Shown here: piece after piece, positions 15,001-26,000 of the stretch
Layout of the letters: every line of letters begins with the position of its first letter
Position numbering within the stretch: position 1 is the first letter of the stretch
Assembly (NCBI GenBank): GCA_964016885.1
Contig: OZ024740.1
Coordinates: 435,984,001-436,048,000 of the forward strand
DNA length: 64,000 nucleotides
Source of the DNA: Eledone cirrhosa
Taxonomy: Eukaryota
Direction of reading: 5' to 3'
Translations under genes and position numbers: made by a program
Notes under the pieces: generated by a model
Database searches by the model: none
What the model was told of the DNA's origin: nothing
Seen by the model: only the letters and a program-made list of their open reading frames with translations

Positions 15001-18000
15001 TGTTGTATGTGGTCCTAGATGTGTGTATTACCTGATTGTGTTGTATGTGGTCCTAGATGTGTGTATTACCTGATTATGTGCTGTATGTGGTCCTAGATGT
15101 GTGTATTACCTGATTATGTGTTGTATGTGGCCCTAGATGTGTGTATTACCTGATTGTGTTGTATGTGGCCCTAGATGTGTGTATTACCTGATTATGTGTT
15201 GTATGTGGTCCTAGATGTGTGTATTACCTGATTATGTGCTGTATGTGGTCCTAGATGTGTGTATTACCTGATTATGTGTTGTATGTGGCCCTAGATGTGT
15301 GTATTACCTGATTGTGTTGTATGTGGCCCTAGATGTGTGTATTACCTGATTATGTGTTGTATGTGGCCCTAGATGTGTGTATTACCTGATTGTGTTGTAT
15401 GTGGTCCTAGATGTGTGTATTACCTGATTATGTGCTGTATGTGGTCCTAGATGTGTGTATTACCTGATTATGTGTTGTATGTGGCCCTAGATGTGTGTAT
15501 TACCTGATTGTGTTGTATGTGGCCCTAGATGTGTGTATTACCTGATTATGTGTTGTATGTGGCCCTAGATGTGTGTATTACCTGATTGTGTTGTATGTGG
15601 CCCTAGATGTGTGTATTACCTGATTATGTGTTGTGTGTGGCCCTAGATGTGTGTATTACCTGATTGTGTTGTATGTGGCCCTAGATGTGTGTATTACCTG
15701 ATTATGTGTTGTATGTGGTCGTAGATGTGTGTATTACCTGATTATGTGTTGTATGTCGTCCTAGATGTGTGTATTACCTGATTGTGTTGTATGTGGCCCT
15801 AGATGTGTGTATTACCTGATTATGTGTTGTATGTGGCCCTAGATGTGTGTAATACCTGATTATGTGTTGTATGTGGTCCTAGATGTGTGTATTACCTGAT
15901 TATGTGTTGTATGTGGTCCTAGATGTGTGTATTATCTGATTATGTGTTGTATGTGGTCCTAGATGTGTGTATTATCTGATTATGTGTTGTATGTGGTCCT
16001 AGATGTGTGTATTATCTGATTATGTGTTGTATGTGGTCCTAGATGTGTGTATTACCTGATTGTGTTGTATGTGGCCCTAGATGTGTGTATTACCTGATTA
16101 TGTGTTGTATGTGGCCCTAGATGTGTGTATTACCTGATTGTGTTGTATGTGGTCCTAGATGTGTGTATTACCTGATTATGTGTTGTATGTGGTCCTAGAT
16201 GTGTGTATTATCTGATTATGTGTTGTATGTGGTCCTAGATGTGTGTATTACCTGATTGTGTTGTATGTGGCCGTAGATGTGTGTATTACCTGATTATGTG
16301 TTGTATGTGGCCCTAGATGTGTGTATTACCTGATTATGTGTTGTATGTGGTCCTTGATGTGTGTATTACCTGATTATGTGTTGTGTGTGGTTCTAGATGT
16401 GTGTATTACCTGATTATGTGTTGTATGTGGTCCTAGATGTGTGTATTACCTGATTGTGTTGTATGTGGTCCTAGATGTGTGTATTACCTGATTATGTGTT
16501 GTATGTGGTCCTAGATGTGTGTATTACCTGATTATGTGTTGTATGTGGTCCTAGATGTGTGTATTACCTGATTGTGTTGTATGTGGCCCTAGATGTGTGT
16601 ATTACCTGATTATGTGTTGTATGTCGTCCTAGATGTGTGTATTACCTGATTATGTGTTGTATGTGGTCCTAGATGTGTGTATTACCTGATTGTGTTATAT
16701 GTTGTCCTAGATGTGTGTATTACCTGATTGTGTTGTATGTGGCCCTAGATGTGTGTATTACCTTATTATGTATTGTATGTGGTCCTAGATGTGTGTATTA
16801 CCTGATTGTGTTGTATGTGGTCCTAGATGTGTGTATTACCTGATTGTGTTGTATGTGGTCCTAGATGTGTCATTTACCTGATTATGTGTTGTATGTGGTC
16901 CTAGATGTGTGTATTACCTGATTATGTGTTGTATGTGGTCCTAGATGTGTGTATTACCTGATTGTGTTGTATGTGGCCCTAGATGTGTGTATTACCTGAT
17001 TGTGTTGTATGTGGCCCTAGATGTGTGTATTACCTGATTGTGTTGTATGTGGTCCTAGATGTGTGTATTACCTGATTATGTGTTGTATGTGGTCCTAGAT
17101 GTGTGTATTACCTGATTATGTGTTGTATGTGGCCCTAGATGTGTGTATTACCTGATTGTATTGTATGTGGCCCTAGATGTGTGTATTACCTGATTATGTG
17201 TTGTATGTGGTCCTAGATGTGTGTATTACCTGATTGTGTTGTATGTGGTCCTAGATGTGTGTATTACCTGATTATGTGTTGTATGTGGTCCTAGATGTGT
17301 GTATTATCTGATTGTGTTGTATGTGGTCCTAGATGTGTGTATTACCTGATTATGTGTTGTATGTGGTCCTAGATGTGTGTATTACCTGATTGTGTTGTAT
17401 GTGGCCCTAGATGTGTGTATTACCTGATTGTGTTGTATGTGGCCCTAGATGTGTGTATTACCTGATTATGTGTTGTATGTGGCCCTAGATGTGTGTATTA
17501 CCTGATTGTGTTGTATGTGGTCCTAGATGTGTGTATTACCTGATTATGTGTTGTATGTGGTCCTAGATGTGTGTATTATCTGATTATGTGTTGTATGTCG
17601 TCCTAGATGTGTGTATTACCTGATTGTGTTGTATGTGGCCGTAGATGTGTGTATTACCTGATTATGTGTTGTATGTGGCCCTAGATGTGTGTATTACCTG
17701 ATTATGTGTTGTATGTGGTCCTTGATGTGTGTATTACCTGATTATGTGTTGTGTGTGGTTCTAGATGTGTGTATTACCTGATTATGTGTTGTATGTGGTC
17801 CTAGATGTGTGTATTACCTGATTGTGTTGTATGTGGTCCTAGATGTGTGTATTACCTGATTATGTGTTGTATGTGGTCCTAGATGTGTGTATTACCTGAT
17901 TATGTGTTGTATGTGGTCCTAGATGTGTGTATTACCTGATTGTGTTGTATGTGGCCCTAGATGTGTGTATTACCTGATTATGTGTTGTATGTCGTCCTAG

Positions 18001-20696
18001 ATGTGTGTATTACCTGATTATGTGTTGTATGTGGTCCTAGATGTGTGTATTACCTGATTGTGTTATATGTTGTCCTAGATGTGTGTATTACCTGATTGTG
18101 TTGTATGTGGCCCTAGATGTGTGTATTACCTTATTATGTATTGTATGTGGTCCTAGATGTGTGTATTACCTGATTGTGTTGTATGTGGTCCTAGATGTGT
18201 GTATTACCTGATTGTGTTGTATGTGGTCCTAGATGTGTCATTTACCTGATTATGTGTTGTATGTGGTCCTAGATGTGTGTATTACCTGATTATGTGTTGT
18301 ATGTGGTCCTAGATGTGTGTATTACCTGATTGTGTTGTATGTGGCCCTAGATGTGTGTATTACCTGATTGTGTTGTATGTGGCCCTAGATGTGTGTATTA
18401 CCTGATTGTGTTGTATGTGGTCCTAGATGTGTGTATTACCTGATTATGTGTTGTATGTGGTCCTAGATGTGTGTATTACCTGATTATGTGTTGTATGTGG
18501 CCCTAGATGTGTGTATTACCTGATTGTATTGTATGTGGCCCTAGATGTGTGTATTACCTGATTATGTGTTGTATGTGGTCCTAGATGTGTGTATTACCTG
18601 ATTGTGTTGTATGTGGTCCTAGATGTGTGTATTACCTGATTATGTGTTGTATGTGGTCCTAGATGTGTGTATTATCTGATTGTGTTGTATGTGGTCCTAG
18701 ATGTGTGTATTACCTGATTATGTGTTGTATGTGGTCCTAGATGTGTGTATTACCTGATTGTGTTGTATGTGGCCCTAGATATGTGTATTACCTGATTGTG
18801 TTGTATGTGGCCCTAGATGTGTGTATTACCTGATTGTGTTGTATGTGGTCCTAGATGTGTGTATTACCTGATTATGTGTTGTATGTGGTCCTAGATGTGT
18901 GTATTATCTGATTATGTGTTGTATGTGGTCCTAGATGTGTGTATTACCTGATTGTGTTGTATGTGGCCCTAGATGTGTGTATTACCTGATTATGTGTTGT
19001 ATGTGGTCCTAGATGTGTGTATTATCAGATTGTGTTGTATGTGGCCCTAGATGTGTGTATTACCTGATTGTGTTGTATGTGGTCCTAGATGTGTGTATTA
19101 CCTGATTATGTGTTGTATGTGGTCCTAGATGTGTGTATTATCTGATTATGTGTTGTATGTGGTCCTAGATGTGTGTATTACCTGATTGTGTTGTATGTGG
19201 CCCTAGATGTGAGTATTACCTGATTATGTGTTGTATGTGGTCCTAGATGTGTGTATTACCTGATTATGTGTTGTATGTGGTCCTAGATGTGTGTATTATC
19301 TGATTATGTGTTGTATGTGGTCCTAGATGTGTGTATTACCTGATTATGTGTTGTATGTGGTCCTAGATGTGTGTATTATCTGATTCTGTTGTATGTGGTC
19401 CTAGATGTGTGTATTATCTGATTATGTGTTGTATGTGGTCCTAGATGTGTGTATTATCTGATTGTGTTGTATGTGGTCCTAGATGTGTGTATTATCTGAT
19501 TATGTGTTGTATGTGGTCCTTGATATGTGTATTACCTGATTATGTGTTGTCTGTGGTCCTAGATGTGTGTATTATCTGATTGTGTTGTATGTGGTCCTAG
19601 ATGTGTGTATTACCTGATTATGTGTTGTATGTGGTCCTAGATGTGTGTATTATCTGATTGTGTAGTATGTGGTCCTAGATGTGTGTATTATCTGATTGTG
19701 TTGTATGTGGTCCTAGATGTGTGTATTACCTGATTGTGTTGTATGTGGTCCTAGATGTGTGTATTACCTGATTATGTGTTGTATGTGGTCCTAGATGTGT
19801 GTATTATCTGATTGTGTTGTATGTGGCCCTAGATGTGTGTATTACCTGATTGTGTTGTATGTGGTCCTAGATGTGTGTATTATCTGATTGTGTTGTATGT
19901 GGCCCTAGATGTGTGTATTACCTGATTGTGTTGTATGTGGTCCTAGATGTGTGTATTACCTGATTATGTGTTGTATGTGGTCCTAGATGTGTGTATTATC
20001 TGATTGTGTTGTATGTGGCCCTAGATGTGTGTATTACCTGATTGTGTTGTATGTGGTCCTAGATGTGTGTATTACCTGATTATGTGTTGTATGTGGTCCT
20101 AGATGTGTGTATTATCTGATTGTGTTGTATGTGGCCCTAGATGTGTGTATTACCTGATTGTGTTGTGTGTGGTCCTAGATGTGTGTATTACCTGATTGTG
20201 TTGTATGTGGCCCTAGATGTGTGTATTACCTGATTGTGTTGTATGTGGTCCTAGATGTGTGTATTATCTGATTGTGTTGTATGTGGTCCTAGATGTGTGT
20301 ATTACCTGATTATGTGTTGTATGTGGTCCTAGATGTGTGTATTACCTGATTGTGTTGTATGTGGTCCTAGATGTGTGTATTACCTGATTATGTGTTGTAT
20401 GTGGTCCTAGATGTGTGTATTACCTGATTATGTGTTGTATGTGGCCCTAGATGTGTGTATTATCTGATTATGTGTTGTATGTGGTCCTAGATGTGTGTAT
20501 TACCTGATTATGTGTTGTATGTGGCCCTAGATGTGCGTATTACCTAATTGTGTTGTATGTGGTCCTAGATGTGTGTATTACCTGATTATGTGTTGTATGT
20601 GGCCCTAGATGTGTGTATTACCTGATTATGTGTTGTATGTGGTCCTAGATGTGTGTATTATCTGATTATGTGTTGTATGTGGTCCTAGATGTGTGT
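1..20696. repeat. Satellite A, mixed 40/38-bp monomers (CTAGATGTGTGTATTACCTGATT[AT]GTGTTGTATGTGGYC), roughly 530 copies, truncated by the window start
   Basis: Monomer read directly. The 38-bp variant lacks AT after GATT. Recurrent GGTCC/GGCCC and TACC/TATC variants. Array ends at GATGTGTGT (20696) before a T-rich tract. Confidence 0.98.
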
Positions 20697-20893
20697 TCTA
20701 CTTGCTTCTGTTTTTTTCTTTTCTTTTTTTAATTTGTAATATTATTTATACAATAGGGAATAAAATAGATCTACATAGTGTTAACTCGTTACGGTTGAGT
20801 CAATAATTTCAGACATGAAATACATTGTTATCGGTGAAGGAAAGATAAGATTCTAACTGGCTGTGCTCAAAGTGTCTTTGACCCAGTTGACTG

Positions 20894-21079
20894 TGGGTTT
20901 TTCCATTTTTAGGATCTCAATTACCGGTTAATGTCTGAATTACCGGACATGCCTGCACACCTGCTCACAGCTGCAGACAGCATAACTATAGTCTGACCGC
21001 AGCTGTGAGCAGGTGTGCAGGCATGTCCGATAATTGAGACGTTAACCGGTAATTGAGATCCTAAAAATGGAAAAATCCA
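20894..21079. repeat. Long inverted repeat (foldback/MITE-like), ~80-bp arms with a 24-bp spacer
   Basis: 20898-20974 is the reverse complement of 20999-21075 with 3 mismatches in 77 bp, extendable 4 bp outward with one more mismatch. The spacer contains a CAGAC/GTCTG inner stem. No target-site duplication seen. Confidence 0.9.
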
Positions 21080-21150
21080 GCCTCCCCCCCCCCCCAACCC
21101 CCTCCCCCAGCTCCAAACGCCCCCCTAACGCGACCTTGCTCCCAAACGCC

Positions 21151-22068
21151 CCCTGGGGGACCCTCAGTTTGACATGTCTGGTGTACTCCAGGTATGTCAA
21201 ACATGTGGCCCTCGGGGGACCCTCAGTTTGACATGTCTGGTGTAATCCAGGTATGTCAAACATGTGGCCCTCGGGGGACCCTCAGTTTGACATGTCTGGT
21301 GTAATCCAGGTATGTCAAACATTTGGCCCTTGGGGGACCCTCAGTTTGACATGTCTGGTGTAATCCAGGTATGTCAAACATGTGGCCCTAGGGGGTCCCT
21401 CAGTTTGACATGTCTGGTGTAATCCAGGTATGTCAAACATGTGGCCCTCGGGGGACCCTCAGTTTGACATGTCTGGTGTAATCCAGGTATGTCAAACATG
21501 TGGCCCTCGGGGGACCCTCAGTTTGACATGTCTGGTGTAATCCAGGTATGTCAAACATGTGGCCCTCGGGGGACCCTCAGTTTGACATGTCTGGTGTAAT
21601 CCAGGTATGTCAAACATTTGGCCCTAGGGGGACCCTCAGTTTGACATGTCTGGTGTAATCCAGGTATGTCAAACATGTGGCCCTAGGGGGTCCCTCAGTT
21701 TGACATGTCTGGTGTAATCCAGGTATGTCAAACATGTGGCCCTCGGGGGACCCTCAGTTTGACATGTCTGGTGTAATCCAGGTATGTCAAACATTTGGCC
21801 CTAGGGGGACCCTCAGTTTGACATGTCTGGTGTAATCCAGGTATGTCAAACATTTGGCCCTTGGGGGAGCCTAAGTTTGACATGTCTGGTGTAATCCAGG
21901 TATGTCAAACATTTGGCCCTTGGGGGAGCCTCAGTTTGACATGTCTGGTGTAATCCAGGTATGTTAAACATTTGGCCCTTGGGGGAGCTTCAGTTTGACA
22001 TGTCTGGTGTAATCCAGGTATGTCAAACATTTGGCCCTTGGGGGACCCTCAGTTTGACTGGTGTAATC
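21151..22068. mobile_element. 59-bp tandem array (~15.5 units) of 51-bp hAT/Charlie-like mini-elements, each followed by an 8-bp spacer
   Basis: Unit = CAGGTATGTCAAAC-atgtggccctcgggggaccctca-GTTTGACATGTCTG + GTGTAATC. The 14-bp terminal inverted repeats (12/14 match) start with CAG, and the 8-bp spacer has a central TA, as for hAT-Charlie/Buster TSDs. First full element 21189-21239; the last (from 22015) has a 5-bp deletion in the right TIR. Confidence 0.75.
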
Positions 22069-22200
22069 CCTGTTAATTTATAGATAATGGACAAATATTT
22101 AAATATATACTGAGAGATTCTGTATTGCAAATTCAGCCAAACTGACTTAGGGAAAGACCAAAACAATGGGATCTTTGGTCTAAACAAATGACATTTACTG

Positions 22201-22302
22201 TGACTTGCTCATACAGAACTGTTTCTGGCTCAGTTTCTACAGCTTGATGCCCTAATGCCAACCACATTTATGGTGTGGATGGATGCTTTTTATCCTGGCA
22301 CC
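22201..22302 (-). mobile_element. Degenerate RTE-LINE 3'UTR fragment
   Basis: Reverse complement aligns by eye to ~49495-49601 (cttgctcatacag...tttctacagct.gatgccct...tgctttt...tggcacc). Confidence 0.8.
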
Positions 22303-22439
22303 AAAATGACAGGTTGGACTGGGTAGTTTTTCTCACATAGAGGGTCCCTTGTCTTCACACTCACAAATGCAGTACTAGTATTTTTTTTAGATTTAATTTA
22401 TTTGCATGAATTCATCACCACATTGATCACCATATTGAC

Positions 22440-22475
22440 CTAATGTTGTTGTTGTTGTTGTTGTTGTTGTTGCAG
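22440..22475 (+). promoter_or_regulatory. 3' splice site: CTAAT branch point, (GTT)9 tract, CAG acceptor
   Basis: CTAAT at 22440-22444 matches YTRAY. (GTT)9G at 22445-22472. AG at 22474-22475 directly precedes the TBC exon. Confidence 0.7.
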
Positions 22476-22550
22476 GCCTATTCCTTACATGACAGGGAAG
22501 TGGGATACTGTCAAGGTAGTGGTTTTATTGTAGGATTGTTACTCATGCAG
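22476..22550 (+). CDS. EVI5: Internal coding exon (75 bp, phase 0/0) of an EVI5/EVI5L-like TBC-domain Rab GTPase-activating protein
   Basis: Hand translation [25 protein letters not shown] carries the TBC glutamine-finger motif GYCQG and nearly matches EVI5 as recalled ([25 protein letters not shown]). Flanked by tgcag| and |gtaagt. Absent from the ORF track. Confidence 0.9.
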
Positions 22551-22660
22551 GTAAGTTAATCACTCTAATATATATAAATTGTCCATCACCTTTCTTTCCT
22601 TCTTCCAGTCACTTCTGTGTACTTCTCTTTGTCCCCCTCCTATTTCAATCTTTTCTACAT

Positions 22661-23063
22661 TTACCCAATTACACATCTCAAAGGCGATGACACACGACCA
22701 TGACCTCTGGCGTCACGCAGTAATACAGAGTACCCGACCTCCCATGGGTACAAGCTGAAGCATATAGACAATATGCCCCCACACCCTCCCACTGCAAGGT
22801 GGTCATGGAGGTGCCACGGCAAAAAGCACCCAGCCCACACTGTAAAGTAGATGTGTAGGCGCCACGAAAAAGCACCCATCACTCACTGTAAATGAGGTTG
22901 TTGTTAGGAAGGGCATCCAGCTGTAGAAATCAAGCGAAATCAGTTTCTGTATGAGCAAGGCATGGTCAGCCAACCAGACACTGCCCACAGCAGGACAACC
23001 CTTCTAACCCATGCTAGCGTGGAAGAACAGACGTAATACGGTGATGATGATGATGATGATGAT
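22661..23063 (+). mobile_element. 5'-truncated RTE-clade LINE (end of ORF, 3'UTR, (GAT)7 tail)
   Basis: Highly similar to 49342-49696, which follows an RTE RT C-terminus. Ends in a (GAT)n tail typical of RTE elements. Confidence 0.9.
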
Positions 23064-23066
23064 TTC

Positions 23067-26000
23067 ACCTGTCACCCACCTTGTGGATTGTCTCTCTCTG
23101 TTGACCACTGGCCGCTGGTCTCTGTCCTCTGAGGCATTATATTTCATCTGCTTGTCACCCACCTTGTGGATTGTCTCTCTCTGTTGACCACTGGCTACTA
23201 GACTCTGTCCTCTGAGGCATTATATATCATCTACCTGTCCCCCACCCTGTGGATTGTCTCTCCCTGTTGACCACTGGCTACTAGACTCTGTCCTCTGAGA
23301 CATTATATATCATCTACCTGTCCCCCACCTTGTGGATTGTCTCTCTCTGTTGACCACTGGCTACTAGACTCTGTCCTCTGAGACATTATATATCATCTAC
23401 CTGTCCCCCACCTTGTGGATTGTCTCTCTCTATTGACCACTGGCTACTAGACTCTGTCCTCTGAGACATTATATATCATCTACCTGTCCCCCACCTTGTG
23501 GATTGTCTCTCCCTGTTGACCACTGGCTACTAGACTCTGTCCTCTGAGGCATTATATATCATCTACCTGTCCCCCACATTGTGGATTGTCTCTCTCTGTT
23601 GACCACTGGCTACTAGACTCTGTCCTCTGAGACATTATATATCATCTACCTGTCACCCACCTTGTGGATTGTCTCTCTCTGTTGACCACTGGCTACTAGA
23701 CTCTGTCCTCTGAGACATTATATATCATCTACCTGTCACCCACCTTGTGGATTGTCTCCCTCTGTTGACCACTGGCTACTAGACTCTGTCCTCTGAGGCA
23801 TTATATATCATCTATCTGTCACCCACCTTGTGGATTGTCTCTCTCTGTTGACCACTGGCCGCTGGTCTCTGTCCTCTGAGACATTATATATCATCTACCT
23901 GTCACCCACCTTGTGGATTGTCTCTCTCTGTTGACCACTGGCTACTAGACTCTGTCCTCTGAGGCATTATATATCATCTACCTGTCACCCACCTTGTGGA
24001 TTGTCTCTCTCTATTGACCACTGGCTACTAGACTCTGTCCTCTGAGGCATTATATATCATCTATCTGTCACCCACCTTGTGGATTGTCTCTCTCTGTTGA
24101 CCACTGGCCGCTGGTCTCTGTCCTCTGAGACATTATATATCATCTACCTGTCACCCACCTTGTGGATTGTCTCTCCCTGTTGACCACTGGCTACTAGACT
24201 CTGGCCTCTGAGACATTATATATCATCTACCTGTCACCCACCTTGTGGATTGTCTCCCTCTATTGACCACTGGCTACTAGACTCTGTCCTCTGAGGCATT
24301 ATATATCATCTACCTGTCACCCACCTTGTGGATTGTCTCTCTCTGTTGACCACTGGCTACTAGACTCTGGCCTCTGAGACATTATATATCATCTACCTGT
24401 CACCCACCTTGTGGATTGTCTCTCTCTGTTGACCACTGGCTACTAGACTCTGTCCTCTGAGACATTATATATCATCTACCTGTCACCACCTTGTGGATTG
24501 TCTCTCTCTGTTGACCACTGGCTACTAGACTCTGTCCTCTGAGACATTATATATCATCTACCTGTCACCCACCTTGTGGATTGTCTCTCTCTGTTAACCA
24601 CTGGCTACTAGACTCTGTCCTCTGAGACATTATATATCGTCTACCTGTCACCCACCTTGTGGATTGTCTCTCTCTGTTGACCACTGGCTACTAGACTCTG
24701 TCCTCTGAGACATTATATATCATCTATCTGTCACCCACCTTGTGGATTGTCTCTCTCTGTTGACCACTGGCTACTAGACTCTGTCCTCTGAGGCATTATA
24801 TATCATCTACCTGTCCCCCACCTTGTGGATTGTCTCTCTCTGTTGACCACTGGCTACTAGACTCTGTCCTCTGAGGCATTATATATCATCTACCTGTCAC
24901 CCACCTTGTGGATTGTCTCTCTCTATTGACCACTGGCTACTAGACTCTGTCCTCTGAGGCATTATATATCATCTACCTGTCACACACCTTGTGGATTGTC
25001 TCTCTCTGTTGACCACTGGCTACTAGACTCTGGCCTCTGAGGCATTATATATCATCTATCTGTCACCCACCTTGTGGATTGTCTCTCTCTGTTGACCACT
25101 GGCTACTAGACTCTGGCCTCTGAGGCATTATATATCATCTACCTGTCCCCCACTTTGTGGATTATCTCTCTGTTGACCACTGGCTACTAGACTCTGGCCT
25201 CTGAGGCATTATATATCATCTACCTGTCCCCCACCTTGTGGATTATCTCTCTGTTGACCACTGGCTACTAGACTCTGGCCTCTGAGGCATTATATATCAT
25301 CTACCTGTCACCCACCTTGTGGATTGTCTCTCTCTGTTGACCACTGGCCGCTGGTCTCTGTCCTCTGAGACATTATATATCATCTACCTGTCACCCACCT
25401 TGTGGATTGTCTCTCTCTATTGACCACTGGCTACTAGACTCTGGCCTCTGAGGCATTATATATCATCTACCTGTCACCCACCTTGTGGATTGTCTCTCTC
25501 TATTGACCACTGGCTACTAGACTCTGGCCTCTGAGACATTATATATCATCTACCTGTCACCACCTTGTGGATTGTCTCTCTCTGTTGACCACTGGCTACT
25601 AGACTCTGGCCTCTGAGACATTATATATCATCTACCTGTCCCCCACCTTGTGGATTGTCTCTCTCTGTTGACCACTAGCTACTAGACTCTGGCCTCTGAG
25701 GCATTATATATCATCTACCTGTCACCCACCTTGTGGATTGTCTCTCTCTGTTGACCACTGGCTACTAGACTCTGTCCTCTGAGACATTATATATCATCTA
25801 TCTGTCACCCACCTTGTGGATTGTCTCTCTCTGTTGACCACTGGCCGCTGGTCTCTGTCCTCTGAGACATTATATATCATCTACCTGTCACCCACCTTGT
25901 GGATTGTTTCTCTCTATTGACCACTGGCTACTAGACTGTCCTCTGAGACATTATATATCATCTATCTGTCACCCACCTTGTGGATTGTCTCCCTCTATTG

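Noticed and set aside
21042-21263. 73-aa minus-strand ORF
   Set aside because: Spans the 59-bp repeat, C-tract and foldback; no protein similarity recognised.
21151-22068. CRISPR-like array of palindromic repeats
   Set aside because: The intervening sequences are near-identical rather than unique spacers, there are no cas genes, and the context is eukaryotic.
22661-22988. Short minus-strand ORFs here, and at 45908-46108 and 49394-49627
   Set aside because: Chance frames within RTE 3' ends and UTR repeats.
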